In this document: positions 27,399-36,677 of the stretch, piece by piece
How the letters are laid out: every line of letters starts with the position of its first letter
How positions within the stretch are numbered: position 1 is the first letter of the stretch
From: Candidatus Omnitrophota bacterium
GTDB lineage: Bacteria; Omnitrophota; Omnitrophia; Omnitrophales; Aquincolibacteriaceae
Direction of reading: 5' to 3'
DNA length: 64,000 nt
Assembly (NCBI GenBank): GCA_022711115.1
Contig: JAKLFP010000004.1
Coordinates: 178,625-242,624, forward strand
Program-made: the position numbers and the translations under genes
Notes under the pieces: model-generated
Told to the model about the DNA's origin: nothing
What the model saw: only the letters and a program-made list of their open reading frames with translations
Databases searched by the model: none

Positions 27399-28550
27399 AT
27401 GCCATCCTGCTGTTCCAGCCAAGATGCTTTTCCGAAAAAAAATTCTGGAAATTTGTTTCGCCTTGTCGTTTACGCGGGGCCTACGGGCGGTCATCTTTTT
27501 CCTGCCCAGTCTTTTAGCGAAGGTTTCCGAAAACAGTTTCCGCATTCCCGAATTGATCTTGTGACGAGTTTTCGCGGCAAAGGATTAGTAGCATCGATGC
27601 CGACGGGAATTTTTCAATCGGTTTATTATCTTCCGGAATTCGGCTTGCCGGGAGGACTTTCTTGGCAGGCATTGAAGCCCTTTTTTATGGTGCCGTATTT
27701 GTTTTTTCGATCCTTTTTTCTCTTCAGGAAAATTAAACCCCATCTTTGTGTCGGTTTCGGGAGTTTTGTCGCCTATCCGGGGATGATGATGGCGCATTGG
27801 CTCGGGATTCCGACGCTGATTCATGAGCAGAACATGATCCCGGGGAAAGCCACGCAGTGGCTTGCTCCCCATGTGGATGTTGTGGCTGAAAGTTTTGAGC
27901 GAACAAAATTTTCGAAGAAAATCAAAAAAACTTTTACTGTCGGACTGCCGCTGAGGTCACAGATCATCAATGCGCAGAAAAATTCTTGCTCTGGAAGCCT
28001 GTCGCGGTCTTTTACGGTTTTGGTGATGGGGGGATCTCAGGGTTCCCGAGGGTTGAACACAATTGTCACAGATGTTTTTGAAAAATTATCCCATGAAGAA
28101 AGGGCTAAAATTGTCGTTATTCATACAGCAGGGAAATTTGATCAAGAATGGGTTACCAAGCGCTATCAAGAGTTGAACTTAGCCTATGAAGTTTACTCAT
28201 TCTATGGCTCGATGAATGAATTGTTTCAGAGGGCTGATCTTGTGATATGTCGGGCAGGGGCAAATACGCTTTTTGAACTGGCAGCTTTTGGCTTGCCTGC
28301 ATTGGTGATACCATACCCGCATGCGGGGGGGCACCAAAAATACAATGCCATAAGTTTTTCGGAGCATGGCAGTCTTTTATTTCATGAAGAAAATTCCGAT
28401 GCAAAAATATGGCTCGAGTTGCATTTAAAAAAGTTTATGAAAGAGCCCGGCCTATTGGAAGATATGGCAAAGGCAATGGAGAAACTGGCAAAACCTTTTG
28501 CGGTCGAGAAACTTATTGAAATCGCAGGAAGTCTTATAAAGGAAAAATGA
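27399..28550 (+). CDS. murG: UDP-N-acetylglucosamine--N-acetylmuramyl-(pentapeptide) pyrophosphoryl-undecaprenol N-acetylglucosamine transferase
   Basis: 383 aa. GT28 N-terminal AGPTGGHLFPA motif. Confidence 0.85.
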   Translation: MPSCCSSQDAFPKKNSGNLFRLVVYAGPTGGHLFPAQSFSEGFRKQFPHSRIDLVTSFRGKGLVASMPTGIFQSVYYLPEFGLPGGLSWQALKPFFMVPYLFFRSFFLFRKIKPHLCVGFGSFVAYPGMMMAHWLGIPTLIHEQNMIPGKATQWLAPHVDVVAESFERTKFSKKIKKTFTVGLPLRSQIINAQKNSCSGSLSRSFTVLVMGGSQGSRGLNTIVTDVFEKLSHEERAKIVVIHTAGKFDQEWVTKRYQELNLAYEVYSFYGSMNELFQRADLVICRAGANTLFELAAFGLPALVIPYPHAGGHQKYNAISFSEHGSLLFHEENSDAKIWLELHLKKFMKEPGLLEDMAKAMEKLAKPFAVEKLIEIAGSLIKEK

Positions 28551-29944
28551 AGATTGTGCAGGAGAATTTAATCCAGAATTGCCGGGACGCCTACTTGATT
28601 GGTATCGGTGGTTCGGGAATGAGCGGGTTGGCCCGCATTCTGAAGCACCAGGGATTAGCTGTTTCCGGCTCCGATAGTAAGGAAACCCGCGTAACCCAAA
28701 ATTTAAGACGTTCCGGGATTCCTGTCCAAATTGGACAAGACCGTGTCGGTTTTGGTAAGTCGGATCTTGTTATTTATTCTTCGGCAATCGGCAAAGACCA
28801 TCTTGAGCTTAAAGAGGCCCGCCACCTTGGTCTTAACGTCCATCATCGTGCGGAAGTGCTCGCATCGCTTCTCAATCATGCGACCACTTCGATTGGTGTC
28901 TTGGGGACGCATGGCAAAACGACAACGACCGCCATGATCTCGCATGTGCTTTCTCATGTGGGAGCCAGCCCGACGTGCTTTGTCGGAAGTGATATGTTGA
29001 ATTATGATACCAATGTGGTAGCAGGAAACAGCGATTATTGGGTCAGCGAAGTGGATGAAAGTGATAGCTCTCATGAATGCTATGCCCCCAATTATTCCAT
29101 CATTACGAATTTAGAGCCTGAACATTTGGATCACTATCATACGTGGGAAAATCTCATCCAGTCGTTTCATCGTTTTTTGTCGCAAGTCAGAAATCCCGGT
29201 TTTGTTTCCTATTGGGGGGAGGATCCGGTGCTTCATGCACTCGTGAAGGAAAGTGGTCGGCCCCATGTCAATTTCGGATTTTCAGCGGATTGTATCTATT
29301 CTGCCCAGAACGTTCGGTTTTACCCTTGGACGGAATTCGATCTTTATGAGTCTGGATTTTATAGTACGACTTTTCGTCTTTCCGTTCCGGGCCGTCATAA
29401 TGTTGCGAATGCCCTTGCTGCTTTATCTATTCTGCTTCATCTCGGTTTCGATTTAGAGACTATTTGTAGCGGCTTGGCAAGTTTTAAGGGAACACGCCGT
29501 CGCATGGAGATTAAGTGCCAAACACCCCAGCTTATGGTGCTAGACGATTATGCTCATCATCCTACCGAAGTGAAGGCTGTGTTGCGAGCGCTTCGGGAAT
29601 CCGGGCGCTACGTGCGTGTTATTTTTCAACCGCATCGATTTACTCGGACCAAGAATCTATTCCGCGAATTTGGACATGCTTTTAATGATGCCAATGAAGT
29701 GGTTCTGACAGATATCTACAGCGCAGGAGAATCCAATCCGGGCGGTGTGGGAGTCGAACTCATTTATCATGAAGTATTGAATGCGCACCATTCGAATGTT
29801 TCCATGGTGCACAAGGACCAAATCATTCCTTATCTTATGGAACATCCTCTTCAGGATGGCGTCATGATTTTCATGGGGGCGGGGGATATCGGAGAGATTG
29901 CTAGTGAATTCGTCAATCATATCAGCGCTTGCCCTTCAGCATAA
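28547..29944 (+). CDS. murC: UDP-N-acetylmuramate--L-alanine ligase
   Basis: 465 aa. Start overlaps the murG stop (ATGA). P-loop VLGTHGKTTTT. Confidence 0.9.
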   Translation: MKIVQENLIQNCRDAYLIGIGGSGMSGLARILKHQGLAVSGSDSKETRVTQNLRRSGIPVQIGQDRVGFGKSDLVIYSSAIGKDHLELKEARHLGLNVHHRAEVLASLLNHATTSIGVLGTHGKTTTTAMISHVLSHVGASPTCFVGSDMLNYDTNVVAGNSDYWVSEVDESDSSHECYAPNYSIITNLEPEHLDHYHTWENLIQSFHRFLSQVRNPGFVSYWGEDPVLHALVKESGRPHVNFGFSADCIYSAQNVRFYPWTEFDLYESGFYSTTFRLSVPGRHNVANALAALSILLHLGFDLETICSGLASFKGTRRRMEIKCQTPQLMVLDDYAHHPTEVKAVLRALRESGRYVRVIFQPHRFTRTKNLFREFGHAFNDANEVVLTDIYSAGESNPGGVGVELIYHEVLNAHHSNVSMVHKDQIIPYLMEHPLQDGVMIFMGAGDIGEIASEFVNHISACPSA

Positions 29945-30818
29945 TGTTCCTTTAGCCGAGCATACCACCATGCGGGTGGGCGGTCCTGCGGCCTATTTTG
30001 CTGAGCCTGTGACAGAAGAACAGTTATCAAAGCTTCTGGAATGGAGCCAGCAAGGTGGCCTTTCACACTTCATCCTCGGGAATGGTTCCAATGTCATTTT
30101 TGATGATCAAGGTTTCCAGGGACTTGTGATTTCGATGCGTCGGTTTCAGAATGATCTTATAAAAGTGGATCTGGATGCTTCGCGAATCACGGTCTCTGCC
30201 GGCGTGAGTCTTGCGCGGCTTGTTCGCTTTTGCCAGGAATCGGGACTTGCAGGTGCGGAGTTTCTGGCACAAATTCCGGGGACGGTCGGAGGGGCCCTGG
30301 TGATGAACGCGGGGTTTAGCCGTCACTCGGGACAGCGTAATGAAATCGGCGATCTTGTTGAAGAAGTCCGCGCTTTGAAGGCAACAGGGCAGCCAGTTCA
30401 TTTAAGCCGAAGTGATCTGTCGTTTTCATACCGCCATTCCAATCTGTCTACGTATATTTTGCTGGAAGCGACGCTGACTCTTTGGAGACGCTCAAAGGAC
30501 CAGATCCAGCAAGAGATGACAGCGAATCTAAACTTTAGAAAAACTAACCAGGATGTTCATGAGCCCAATGCCGGCTCTATCTTTAAAAATCCGGGGCCAC
30601 CGCAGCCATCCGCCGGGGCTTTGATCGATCAAGCGGGTTTAAAAGGCAAGAGGATCGGCGGAATTCAGATTTCTGAAAAACATGCGAACTATTTCGTTAA
30701 CAAAGGCGGGGCGACCTGTGCGGACGTTGTCGCGCTTATCAAGGAAGTCCAAAAGACCGTATTTCATGCAACAGGCATTACTCTCGAACCCGAAGTTCGA
30801 ATCATTTCGAAAAATTAA
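29898..30818 (+). CDS. murB: UDP-N-acetylenolpyruvoylglucosamine reductase
   Basis: 306 aa. FAD-binding N-terminus HTTMRVGGPA. Start uncertain (TTG at 29898 or GTG at 29904) and overlaps the murC 3' end. Confidence 0.85.
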   Translation: MLVNSSIISALALQHNVPLAEHTTMRVGGPAAYFAEPVTEEQLSKLLEWSQQGGLSHFILGNGSNVIFDDQGFQGLVISMRRFQNDLIKVDLDASRITVSAGVSLARLVRFCQESGLAGAEFLAQIPGTVGGALVMNAGFSRHSGQRNEIGDLVEEVRALKATGQPVHLSRSDLSFSYRHSNLSTYILLEATLTLWRRSKDQIQQEMTANLNFRKTNQDVHEPNAGSIFKNPGPPQPSAGALIDQAGLKGKRIGGIQISEKHANYFVNKGGATCADVVALIKEVQKTVFHATGITLEPEVRIISKN

Positions 30819-31725
30819 GGTCGGTGTAGTGCGCGGCGGCCTATCAGCCGAACGGCGTATTTCACTACGTTCCGGCCGTGCCGTCTTGAAAGCTTTTCAG
30901 CGCTTGGGAATTCCTGCCGTCTCGATGGATCCTGCGAATCCAAAGGATTTTGAGAAAAAAATTCGTCATGTGGATATTCTCTTTATCGCGCTTCACGGTC
31001 AGGGGGGCGAAGATGGAGCTTTTCAGGAGAGTTTGGAGCGGAAAGGTATTCCTTTTACGGGATCTTCGGCCTTGGCATGCCGGAAGAGTTTTAATAAAGG
31101 AATCAGCAAGACGTATTTTGAGAAGTTGAAAATTTCGACGCCGCCTTTTGCCTTATTAAATAAAAAAAATTGGCGTCGCATTGCTTCCGAGTTTTCAGAA
31201 CCCTATTTTGTCAAACCTCTTGACGGCGGTTCCAGCCAGGGAGTTTTCTTGGTTGAAGATTTTCAGAAATCCGCCGAAAAATTAAAACGGTCTATTGTAC
31301 GGTTCGGGAAGCTCTTAATCGAAAAACGTATTGTTGGTCGGGAATTAACAGCCGGGCTTCTAGGCCATTTGCGACTTCCCGTCGTGGAGGTGAAACCTTC
31401 GCGTACGTTTTATGATTACAAGGCGAAATATACCGCTGGCATGACAGTTTATGAGGTGCCTGCCAAAATCCCGGTGAAAGTGGCTAAAAAGATCCAGAAA
31501 ATTGCATGGCGGGTTTATCGGGGACTTGGCCTCAGCGGTTTTTCTCGGGTTGATTTGATGCTTGATAAAAACAATCGCCCTTTTGTTCTTGAGGTGAATA
31601 GTATTCCAGGGCTGACGGAATTTAGTCTGTTGCCGAAAGCGGCGCGAGCCCTGGGAATCAGTTTTGAAGAGCTTTGTTTGCGCGTTCTTAAAGATGGATA
31701 TCAACGGCGAAGGAAGAAGAGATAG
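30766..31725 (+). CDS. ddl: D-alanine--D-alanine ligase
   Basis: ATP-grasp. N-terminal KIKVGVVRGGLSAERRISLRSG and ALHGQGGEDGAFQ. ORF open from 30682. The ATG at 30766 is chosen to minimise overlap with murB, but the start remains uncertain. Confidence 0.82.
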   Translation: MQQALLSNPKFESFRKIKVGVVRGGLSAERRISLRSGRAVLKAFQRLGIPAVSMDPANPKDFEKKIRHVDILFIALHGQGGEDGAFQESLERKGIPFTGSSALACRKSFNKGISKTYFEKLKISTPPFALLNKKNWRRIASEFSEPYFVKPLDGGSSQGVFLVEDFQKSAEKLKRSIVRFGKLLIEKRIVGRELTAGLLGHLRLPVVEVKPSRTFYDYKAKYTAGMTVYEVPAKIPVKVAKKIQKIAWRVYRGLGLSGFSRVDLMLDKNNRPFVLEVNSIPGLTEFSLLPKAARALGISFEELCLRVLKDGYQRRRKKR

Positions 31726-31731
31726 AATATT

Positions 31732-32547
31732 ATGAGTAAGAAAAAAATGAAACGTTTTGGCAAGGGCGGGTTATTTGCATGGGTTGGTTGGCTATTTAAG
31801 GGCATTGGATGGCTTTGTCTGAAATTAATTCCAGTGGCGCTTCTAGCGGTAGTAATGGTTTTTGTAGGGCTCCAGATTAAAAAAATTCTTTATGAAGATC
31901 GTTTGCTGAAAGTCCAGGAAATACGTGTCGCTCCTTCGGATGCTCTTTCTCTTCAAAGCATCCGTACTTTGGAGGATAAACTTCTTGGAAAAAACATTCT
32001 GTTGTTAAATCTTAAAAAAATCTCAAAACAAATCGAGCTTGGTCCTGGGGCGCAAAGTGTGCGTGTGGTCCGTGAAATGCCGAATACGATACGCATCGAG
32101 ATCCAAAAGCGCAAACCGATTGCCAATGTTAAGTTGACAGAAAACGGAGCTTATGCCATTGTGGCAGAGGATGGCTACATCATTGATGTCCGCAATGAAT
32201 TCGATCCGGCGTGGATCCTTATCGAAGATTTCAGCGAACCCATGAAAGAACCTCGGGTCGGGATGCGTCTCCAAAACAAAGGTTTTCCAGAAGCGCTTAA
32301 ATTCATGAAAATTTATCGCAGGCAGGCTATGGCCCGTAATGAGAATTTGACTCGGATAAAGCTGGACCCGTACGGGAATGTGAGTATCAGGCTTGGGGAA
32401 GGGCCTGATTTTCAAATGGGTCGTAAGGCATCTGAGAGGATTGCTGTTTTAGAAAAGGCCCTTTATCTTTTTAAAACGGAACCTCGTGAAAATGTGGACT
32501 ATATCAACATCCAGTTTGACCGTATTACCGTTAAGAGAAAACAATGA
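31732..32547 (+). CDS. ftsQ: Cell division protein FtsQ/DivIB (TM + POTRA)
   Basis: 271 aa. N-terminal TM, POTRA-like region. Position between ddl and ftsA. Confidence 0.7.
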   Translation: MSKKKMKRFGKGGLFAWVGWLFKGIGWLCLKLIPVALLAVVMVFVGLQIKKILYEDRLLKVQEIRVAPSDALSLQSIRTLEDKLLGKNILLLNLKKISKQIELGPGAQSVRVVREMPNTIRIEIQKRKPIANVKLTENGAYAIVAEDGYIIDVRNEFDPAWILIEDFSEPMKEPRVGMRLQNKGFPEALKFMKIYRRQAMARNENLTRIKLDPYGNVSIRLGEGPDFQMGRKASERIAVLEKALYLFKTEPRENVDYINIQFDRITVKRKQ

Positions 32548-33794
32548 ACAATCCTTCTAATTTTAAAAATAAATGTGCTGTGGTATATATTGGGACACGT
32601 AAGCTTGTTGTGATGCTGGGTGATATTAGCACCGAGATCCCAAAAATCCTTCGAGTGGAAGAAAGCCTTTTTCCCGAAGGATTCGAGAAAGGACTTGTTT
32701 GCAATCTTCAGAATGCGAGCGCATCAATGGAAAAAATTCTTATGGCCCTCTTGCCGATGGAGGATTGGGAACAAATTCCGGTTTACGTTGTGCTCGGAAA
32801 CAGCCGCTTCAAGATGCATCGTTTTTCGAGTTGTGAGTATTATTCGCAGGAACGCCGTACCCTCAGCCCGAATGACGTGCAGTCAGTCGTCCAGCAGACG
32901 CGCAGTGTCGCGACTTTGCCATTGACGGAAGCGATCTTGCAAGCCATCCCGGAATCTTTCTTGGTGAACGATATGCCTGCTGTAAAGAACCCTCTGGGGC
33001 TTGAGGCAGAACGGTTAGGTGTCACACTTCAGATTTACACGATGGAATTTCAAAGTTTTCGAAATATTGGCAAGGTTTTCGAGTCGTTGGATATTGATGT
33101 GGAGGGGTTTTTTCCGAAAAACCTGCCTTTGTCAGAAGCGGTTTTGGGAGATTTGGAAAAGCAGGAAGGGGCACTGATTATCGATATTGCCGATGATGCG
33201 ACGCAACTTGTGCTTTGGAAGAACGGTCTTCTTGCAGGCTCACGAACGATGCCTTTGGGGGGGCATTATTTGACCAAGTGTCTGGCGCAGGACTGGAACA
33301 TTGAGGAACGGGATGCTGAAAAAGTGAAAGAAAATTTTGCTACCTTGGATATGAGGGAACAACAGAGCGAGGAATTGGTTCCTCTCGTGACTCGTGGTGA
33401 TAAGGTCCAGCAATCGATACCGCGCAAGGACTTTTTGGACAAGTTTTTTAAACATGCACACGGATGGATGACGAAAATTCTGATCGAAGCGGACAGCTTT
33501 ATACAGGAAGAAAAGATTCGGTTCCCGCATGTTTTTTTTACTGGTGGAGCGGTGATGACGGACGGGTTCCTGGAATGGGTCCAAAAAGAGTTTTCAAGGG
33601 ATGGAAAAATTGGCATCACGCGTCATATGGAAGCCCAACAGGAGATTGTTCGCGATCCTGCTATGGCGCCCGCACTTGGGATGTTTCGCTGGGTGATGAC
33701 TTATGAGCGAGCCCAGGAAGCTCTTTTTACTCCGCGGAGCCTTGTCGGTAAAACGATGGCCGCGGCCAAGAACTGGTTTGCGAATTACTTCTGA
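32544..33794 (+). CDS. ftsA: Cell division protein FtsA (actin-like ATPase)
   Basis: 416 aa. Start overlaps the ftsQ stop (ATGA). Actin/HSP70-fold phosphate motifs (VVYIGTRKLVVMLGDI; IIDIADDATQLVLW; FFTGGAVM). Confidence 0.8.
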   Translation: MNNPSNFKNKCAVVYIGTRKLVVMLGDISTEIPKILRVEESLFPEGFEKGLVCNLQNASASMEKILMALLPMEDWEQIPVYVVLGNSRFKMHRFSSCEYYSQERRTLSPNDVQSVVQQTRSVATLPLTEAILQAIPESFLVNDMPAVKNPLGLEAERLGVTLQIYTMEFQSFRNIGKVFESLDIDVEGFFPKNLPLSEAVLGDLEKQEGALIIDIADDATQLVLWKNGLLAGSRTMPLGGHYLTKCLAQDWNIEERDAEKVKENFATLDMREQQSEELVPLVTRGDKVQQSIPRKDFLDKFFKHAHGWMTKILIEADSFIQEEKIRFPHVFFTGGAVMTDGFLEWVQKEFSRDGKIGITRHMEAQQEIVRDPAMAPALGMFRWVMTYERAQEALFTPRSLVGKTMAAAKNWFANYF

Positions 33795-33807
33795 TATCTT
33801 TAAAAGT

Positions 33808-34962
33808 ATGGAGCCATTTCTTGTTAGGTTTGTGCATGAAATAAAAAGAGTGGTGAAGCCGCTGTTTTTCTCGTTGGTGATAGCTCTTTTGTCAGTAGCC
33901 ATCGCGGATTTCTTCATTTTTTCAATCCTCGATATAAAAAATTCCGGATATAAGCCAGAACGTTTTTTCCAATTTGATACTTTAACAGGTCACTTCCATC
34001 GGCCGAACGCGGAAGGATATTGGTATCGCAGCGACGGCGAGAAGTTTTATATTAAAATCAACAGCTATGGTTTTTCTGATTCTCAACGAAGAATTTCAAA
34101 AACACGCCCCAGGATAGCTTTAATCGGTGATTCACTTACCGAGTTTTGGGAAGTGGATGAAAAATATCGAGGTCAATTTGTTTTGGAAGATCTTCTGAAT
34201 CAGAAATATGAAGTATTGAATTTCGGGGTCAGGGGGTACAGTACAGCTCAGACCTATATTCTTTTCAAAAATGTTGGCGTGCATTTTTCGCCTGATATTG
34301 TCATTTATAATTTTTGCAGCAATGATATTTATGACAATGCCCATCCGGTTTTAGGAAGGCCTTACTATAAAATGGCACCCGGTGAGCCGGGCGGGCTTAA
34401 ATTGAAAGGATACCCGCTTCAAGTTAGGCAGATAGAATCCGAATCTCCGGTTGAAAAATTTTTAATAGAGTATTCTTTTTTTTATCGAAAGTTTAACGAG
34501 GTTCGCGAGCGTATCCTAAGGTACGATCGTTCGCCTCAAATGCCTCGCCAGGTGTTGCAGGCGTATCGGCGGGATTATGAGGATGAAGATGAGACGAGAA
34601 TGGAGGTTACCACGAAGCTTATTTCTTTGTTAAATGCTTTTACTAAGGAGCGTGGCATGAGGTTTTTGGTTGTCGAGGGTATTTATTCGACGACCCTGAA
34701 AGCCTCGGAACAAGACGTCGCTACTAGACAGCTAGGCGAGCGTTTTGATTTTAATAAGGTGTCGGATATTTTGAAGGATTACTGCAGTAAGAATGGGATC
34801 GAATTTTTGTCTCTACCTCAAATGGTAAAAGAAAAAAAATTGAATGTTTCCGAGTTGATCTACAAGGATGATTCGATGCATTTGAGCCGAGAGGGTATTA
34901 GGTTCTATGCCCAGGCCGTCAAAGAAAAGCTGCAATGGCTCGGTTGGGTGAGTGGATCATAA
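33808..34962 (+). CDS. SGNH/GDSL-family hydrolase (lipase/esterase or acyl-/acetyl-hydrolase), membrane-anchored
   Basis: N-terminal signal-anchor TM. Block I IALIGDSLTE (catalytic Ser). Block III GVRGYS. Block V NDIYDNAH (Asp/His). ORF open from 33703, but the ATG at 33808 follows the ftsA stop. Confidence 0.65.
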   Translation: MEPFLVRFVHEIKRVVKPLFFSLVIALLSVAIADFFIFSILDIKNSGYKPERFFQFDTLTGHFHRPNAEGYWYRSDGEKFYIKINSYGFSDSQRRISKTRPRIALIGDSLTEFWEVDEKYRGQFVLEDLLNQKYEVLNFGVRGYSTAQTYILFKNVGVHFSPDIVIYNFCSNDIYDNAHPVLGRPYYKMAPGEPGGLKLKGYPLQVRQIESESPVEKFLIEYSFFYRKFNEVRERILRYDRSPQMPRQVLQAYRRDYEDEDETRMEVTTKLISLLNAFTKERGMRFLVVEGIYSTTLKASEQDVATRQLGERFDFNKVSDILKDYCSKNGIEFLSLPQMVKEKKLNVSELIYKDDSMHLSREGIRFYAQAVKEKLQWLGWVSGS

Positions 34963-35117
34963 TATTCTGCGTATGGATATTGTTAGCAGGTGCTGAGCAA
35001 ACGGTAAACTTCGAGAATCAGATCAAGCATAGATGAATGAATTATTTTTTTGTCTTTCCAATTTTAGCTCTAGCTTCTATAATGCATCCTTCCCGAACAC
35101 AGGTAAAATAATTCCAC

Positions 35118-36215
35118 ATGACTATGACCCTAGACATAGAACCACGTAAATTGCCTCTGCATGACGAGCATCTTTTGAAAGGCGCCCGGATGGGTGACTT
35201 TGGAGGGTGGCTTGTGCCTCTTTTTTACACGAGTATCATGGAAGAACACGCGGCTGTCCGCCATAAAGCCGGACTTTTCGATATTTCCCATATGGGCGAA
35301 TTTCTTGTCGAAGGACAGGGGGCGTTAGAATTTTTGGAGAAGAATCTTCCGCGGCGTCTTGGAAAAGTCAAATTTCAGCAGGCGATCTATATGCCGCTTG
35401 TGAACGATCAAGGCGGGATGGTCGATGACATCATTGTCTATCGAATGGCTGAAGAACGTTTTCTTATCATTGTAAATGCCAGTAATATCGCGAAGGATTT
35501 TGCATGGTTTGAGGCTCGTGCTTCAAACGGCGTCACCGTGAACGATTTGAGCGAGGATATGGGGCTTTTGGCGCTCCAGGGGCCATTGAGCCAAAAGATC
35601 CTTTTGGAAGCGTTTGGAGCCTATTACAAGGACCTCAAACGATTTTATTACAAGGATTTTGAAGGGGGCATGATTGCGAGGACTGGTTATACGGGAGAAG
35701 ATGGTTACGAGATTATGATTCCCAAAAAGAAGCTCAAAGCGGTTTGGGATGTTTTGTTCCGTGCCGGAGAGCAATACGGTCTTTTGCCTGTTGGTTTTGG
35801 CGCTAGGGATACCTTGAGGCTTGAAGCAGCGATGCCGTTGTATGGGCATGAGTTGACGGATGACATCACCCCGCTTGAAGCAGATCTTGAGTGGGCTGTG
35901 GATCTGACCAAAGAACATTTTCCGGGTTTGGAAATCTTAAAGAAGCAAAAGGCGAACGGTGTATCGCGCAAAAGGATTGGTTTTGAGATGGTGGATCGTG
36001 GCATTCCGCGCCATGGTTTCGAAGTGCAAAAAGACGGCAAGGTTCTTGGGATGGTTACGAGCGGAAGTTTTATTCCGACCACAGGAAAAAATATCGGCAT
36101 GGCGTATGTCAGCGTTCAAGAAGCGAAGGTCGGTAACTCTATTGATATTATGATTCGTGGAAAAGCAGTTAAAGCGGTTATTGTTTCGCTACCTTTTTAT
36201 AAGAAAAAAGGTTAA
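35118..36215 (+). CDS. gcvT: Glycine cleavage system aminomethyltransferase (T protein)
   Basis: 365 aa with the GcvT fold and motifs. Confidence 0.9.
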   Translation: MTMTLDIEPRKLPLHDEHLLKGARMGDFGGWLVPLFYTSIMEEHAAVRHKAGLFDISHMGEFLVEGQGALEFLEKNLPRRLGKVKFQQAIYMPLVNDQGGMVDDIIVYRMAEERFLIIVNASNIAKDFAWFEARASNGVTVNDLSEDMGLLALQGPLSQKILLEAFGAYYKDLKRFYYKDFEGGMIARTGYTGEDGYEIMIPKKKLKAVWDVLFRAGEQYGLLPVGFGARDTLRLEAAMPLYGHELTDDITPLEADLEWAVDLTKEHFPGLEILKKQKANGVSRKRIGFEMVDRGIPRHGFEVQKDGKVLGMVTSGSFIPTTGKNIGMAYVSVQEAKVGNSIDIMIRGKAVKAVIVSLPFYKKKG

Positions 36216-36269
36216 AATACTCGCCATTCACTCCTGACATTTTCTCACATTCTCAGTTGGAGGCAAAAA

Positions 36270-36662
36270 ATGGATTTTCCTGAAAATTTACGTTATACCA
36301 AAACTCATGAATGGATTGCCGTGCAAGGAACAAAGGCTAAAGTGGGCGTGACCGAATACGCGCAAAAAGAAATTTCCGACGTTGTTTTTGTTGAGCTCCC
36401 TAAAAAAGATCAAATTGTCCAGCAGGCAAAAACCGCGGCGGTCGTCGAATCCGTAAAAGCAGCCTTTGACATTTATGCGCCGGCGTCGGGGAAGGTTGTT
36501 GCCGCCAACGCGGCTTTGGAAGGCAATCCGGCTCTGATTAATCAGAGCCCTTATGGTGATGGATGGATTTTTGAACTGGAACTTTCCAATGCTGGAGAGC
36601 TCAACAACCTTTTGAACGCTAAGCAATACCTTGAAGCGGTTCAACAAGCTCCTCAACACTGA
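36270..36662 (+). CDS. gcvH: Glycine cleavage system H protein (lipoyl carrier)
   Basis: 130 aa. Lipoyl-lysine motif ESVKAAFDIYAP. RBS GGAGG. Confidence 0.9.
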   Translation: MDFPENLRYTKTHEWIAVQGTKAKVGVTEYAQKEISDVVFVELPKKDQIVQQAKTAAVVESVKAAFDIYAPASGKVVAANAALEGNPALINQSPYGDGWIFELELSNAGELNNLLNAKQYLEAVQQAPQH

Positions 36663-36677
36663 GCCAAGTGATTCTTC

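Noticed and set aside
34963-35117. Possible glycine riboswitch upstream of gcvT
   Set aside because: The region is only ~155 nt. It lacks the conserved tandem aptamer cores (GGAGAG / CUCUGGAGAG / ACCGAAGGGGCAA). It is AT-rich with a plausible promoter instead.
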